NCBI GenBank assembly: GCA_963713095.1
Contig: CAVQKK010000009.1
Location: 106,846 to 170,845 of the forward strand
Origin: an uncultured Chloroflexia bacterium
Lineage (GTDB): Bacteria > Chloroflexota > Limnocylindria > Limnocylindrales > CSP1-4
Length of the DNA stretch: 64,000 nucleotides
Reading direction: 5' to 3'
Shown here piece after piece: positions 61,822-64,000 of the stretch. How positions within the stretch are numbered: position 1 is the stretch's first letter; every line of letters starts with the position of its first letter. Made by a program: the position numbers and the translations under genes. Below the pieces are notes generated by a model. That model had not been told where the DNA came from and did no database searches. It was given only the letters and a program-made list of their open reading frames with translations.

Positions 61822-62538
61822 ATGGCCGCACGCCGCGGCCCGCGCGAACCGAACGGCGCCCGACAGGGCGCCGTTCACGATTCTCGACGCGCCGTCTCCT
61901 GGACGCCCATTGACTGGGTGGCGTGGCATCGGGCGTATGACTCGCCGAACAGCTCATTGAGTCGACGCGTCGCGATCGTTCGCCAGCGCCTCGCGGAGGT
62001 GTTGGCCACGACCACGGCCACGACCGAGACAACCGTTCTGAGCTTGTGCGCCGGCGATGGCCGCGATGTGCTCGGCGTGGATCTCGGCGCTCGATCGGTT
62101 CGTGCGGTCCTTGTCGAGCTCGACGCCGAGCTCGCCCGACGTGCGCTGGAGCGGGCCGCGGGTTCGCCCTGGGTGGAGGTCCGTTGCGCTGATGCAGCCG
62201 ACGTCGCCACTTTCAGCGACGTGCTTCCGGTGGACGTGCTGATGATGTGCGGGATATTCGGCAACGTCGACCCGCTCGCGGTCGGTGGGATCATCGATCG
62301 AGCGGCGGGTTTGCTGCGGCCGGGTGGCACGGTGATCTGGACCCGTGGGGGCGGGGAGCCGGACCGGCGTCCGGAGGTGAGGTCAGCGTTCATCGAGCGC
62401 GGCTTCGACGAGCTTTCATTCGACGGCGCTCCCGAACTGTTCGGTGTCGGCGTGAGCCGGCTCGTGCGTCCGGCGCGATCTGGACCGGGGCTGGGCGAAC
62501 CCCTGTTCAGGTTCACTCGCCATGCCGACGCCGCCTGA
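61822..62538 (+). CDS. Class I SAM-dependent methyltransferase
   Basis: VLSLCAGDGRD (motif I), LMMCGIFGN, LLRPGGTVIWT. Confidence 0.7.
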   Translation: MAARRGPREPNGARQGAVHDSRRAVSWTPIDWVAWHRAYDSPNSSLSRRVAIVRQRLAEVLATTTATTETTVLSLCAGDGRDVLGVDLGARSVRAVLVELDAELARRALERAAGSPWVEVRCADAADVATFSDVLPVDVLMMCGIFGNVDPLAVGGIIDRAAGLLRPGGTVIWTRGGGEPDRRPEVRSAFIERGFDELSFDGAPELFGVGVSRLVRPARSGPGLGEPLFRFTRHADAA

Positions 62539-62584
62539 AAGCACCACCCCTCGCCAATCCTCCGGGGCTGGGCTCCCGGCGTCG

Positions 62585-63358
62585 TTACAGCTCGCGCCGG
62601 CGGAACGCGGCCAGTGCGCCCGCGGCGCAGGCCGCGACGAGCACGAGGGTCCCGACGACCGACGTTGCGAGCGCGCCCGCATCGAGCCCCTCGGTCGTGT
62701 CGGCCGCGATCAGGATCGACGGCGTGCCGAGCCCGGTCGGGAGCACGTGGTCCAGGGCCGGGACGATGGCCAGCAGGCTCACGCCGATGAGCGCCACGAA
62801 GCCGATGCCGGCCGCGGCCATGGTGGAGCCGGTCGCGGCCGAGGCGATGAATGTCAGCGCAGCCCAGGCAAGCAGGGCCAGCCAGGCGAGGACCGCGAAC
62901 ACAACCCAGCCAAGGATCGGCAGCGGCTCGAACAGCACCGCGGTGTACGCCCAGGCCACCCCGACCGCGAGCGCGGTGCACACGCCGAGCACGATGGCGA
63001 TCCCGGTCAGCTTCGCCGCCAGAAAGGCCGCCCGTGTCGCCGGCTGTGCCAGCACGAGCGCCGCCGTGCCGCGGTCGAGCTCACCCGAGACGGAGCCCAT
63101 GGCCAGCGCGATCGCGGCCAGCGCCCCCAGCTGACCCAGGTTCTTCAGGAGCTGCTCCAGCGCCGTCGCCGCCGTGGGGACCGGCATCGGGACGGCGATC
63201 TGGTCTCCGATGGCTGCGGTGAGGATCTCGTTGAGGTAGCGAGCGGTCAGCGGGGAGATGATCCCGACCGCGATGAACAGGAGACCGACGATTGGCAGCC
63301 GGCGGGTACGCCAGGCCTCGAGCAGCTCCTTGCGCAGGAGCACGGTGAAGCCGCTCAT
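62585..63358 (-). CDS. ABC-2 type exporter permease
   Basis: LLRKELLEAWRTRRLPIV..., 6 TM segments. 4-nt overlap with the upstream ATPase gene. Confidence 0.75.
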   Translation of the reverse strand: MSGFTVLLRKELLEAWRTRRLPIVGLLFIAVGIISPLTARYLNEILTAAIGDQIAVPMPVPTAATALEQLLKNLGQLGALAAIALAMGSVSGELDRGTAALVLAQPATRAAFLAAKLTGIAIVLGVCTALAVGVAWAYTAVLFEPLPILGWVVFAVLAWLALLAWAALTFIASAATGSTMAAAGIGFVALIGVSLLAIVPALDHVLPTGLGTPSILIAADTTEGLDAGALATSVVGTLVLVAACAAGALAAFRRREL

Positions 63359-64000
63359 GCTCTCACCTCATGGCCATTGCCGGTGAGCCGAAGGAATACG
63401 TCTTCGAGGGTGGGACGCGCGCGGGCCACCGAGATGACGGCGACGCTCTCGGCCGTGATCGCGGGCAGGAGCTCTCGGGCCGCGCGAGCCGGATCGGCGA
63501 CGGCCACCGTGAGCAGACCGTGCTCCACGGCGGCCCCGGTGACCCAGTCCTGCGTGCGCAGTCGCGTTGCCAGCGCGTCCAGGGCGGCTCGCTGTCCCGG
63601 CTCCGCCTCGATCCGATAGACGGGCAGCGCGAACCGGTCCAGCAGATCCGCCAGGGGCCCCTCGACGACGAGGTGACCGTGATCGAGGATCCCCACCCGG
63701 TCGCAGATCCGCTCGACGTCGGCCAGCACGTGGCTCGAGAACAGGACGGTGATCTCGCCGCGCAGGGCGGCGATCAGGCTGAGGACGTCTCGCCGGCCCT
63801 CCGGGTCAAGGGCGCTGACCGGTTCGTCGAGGACGACGATCGGCGGTCGATGGACGAGCGCCCCGGCGATGCCGAGCCGCTGACGCATGCCACCGGAGTA
63901 GGAGCCTGCCCGCCGGTCCGCAGCGGTGGCGAGGTCGACGCGTTCGAGTGCGACGTCGATCGCGCGTTTCAGCTCCGGTCCGTCGAGCCCGTGCAGCCTC
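63355..64000 (-). CDS. ABC transporter ATP-binding protein, C-terminal part (runs off window end)
   Basis: YSGGMRQRLGIAGAL (signature), VVLDEPVSALD (Walker B), SSHVLADVE (H-loop). Confidence 0.88.
   Translation of the reverse strand, partial: RLHGLDGPELKRAIDVALERVDLATAADRRAGSYSGGMRQRLGIAGALVHRPPIVVLDEPVSALDPEGRRDVLSLIAALRGEITVLFSSHVLADVERICDRVGILDHGHLVVEGPLADLLDRFALPVYRIEAEPGQRAALDALATRLRTQDWVTGAAVEHGLLTVAVADPARAARELLPAITAESVAVISVARARPTLEDVFLRLTGNGHEVRA

Overview
High-GC (roughly 68-70%) chromosomal window from a Gram-positive-type lineage (Actinomycetota- or Chloroflexota-like). It is mostly housekeeping and origin-proximal. It holds dnaN<-dnaA diverging from rpmH-rnpA-yidD-yidC-jag. Next come a VanW protein, a LysE exporter, and HAD plus a P1B-5-type ATPase with a C-terminal hemerythrin domain. 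After these are a decayed methyltransferase/MATE junction, a tetR-ABC efflux operon and tmRNA. Then glgX-treY-treZ, a lipoprotein serpin, a two-gene urease (fused gamma-beta plus alpha) with no accessory genes, and a proline-racemase-family gene. A 21-kb minus-strand run follows: parA-parB-gyrB-thioesterase-alkD-gyrA-prs-two small membrane ORFs-secA-DUF218-Cys-rich ORF-prfB (+1 frameshift)-GNAT-ftsE-ftsX-ctpA-smpB. The window ends with a perfect parS, mreD-mrdA-rodA, a CBS/ArsB/CPA2 operon, a J-domain protein, DUF2344, rplU (long C-terminal tail)-rpmA-rpmE, a methyltransferase and an ABC-2 exporter. I saw no CRISPR, integrase, transposase or recognisable defence system. The best candidates for something undescribed are an eight-cysteine 74-aa ORF translationally coupled to prfB behind an operator-like triple repeat, a promoter-driven multi-hairpin leader or micro-ORF upstream of smpB, and the accessory-less divergent urease. 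All calls come from reading the ORF translations and sequence motifs by eye. No database search was run.
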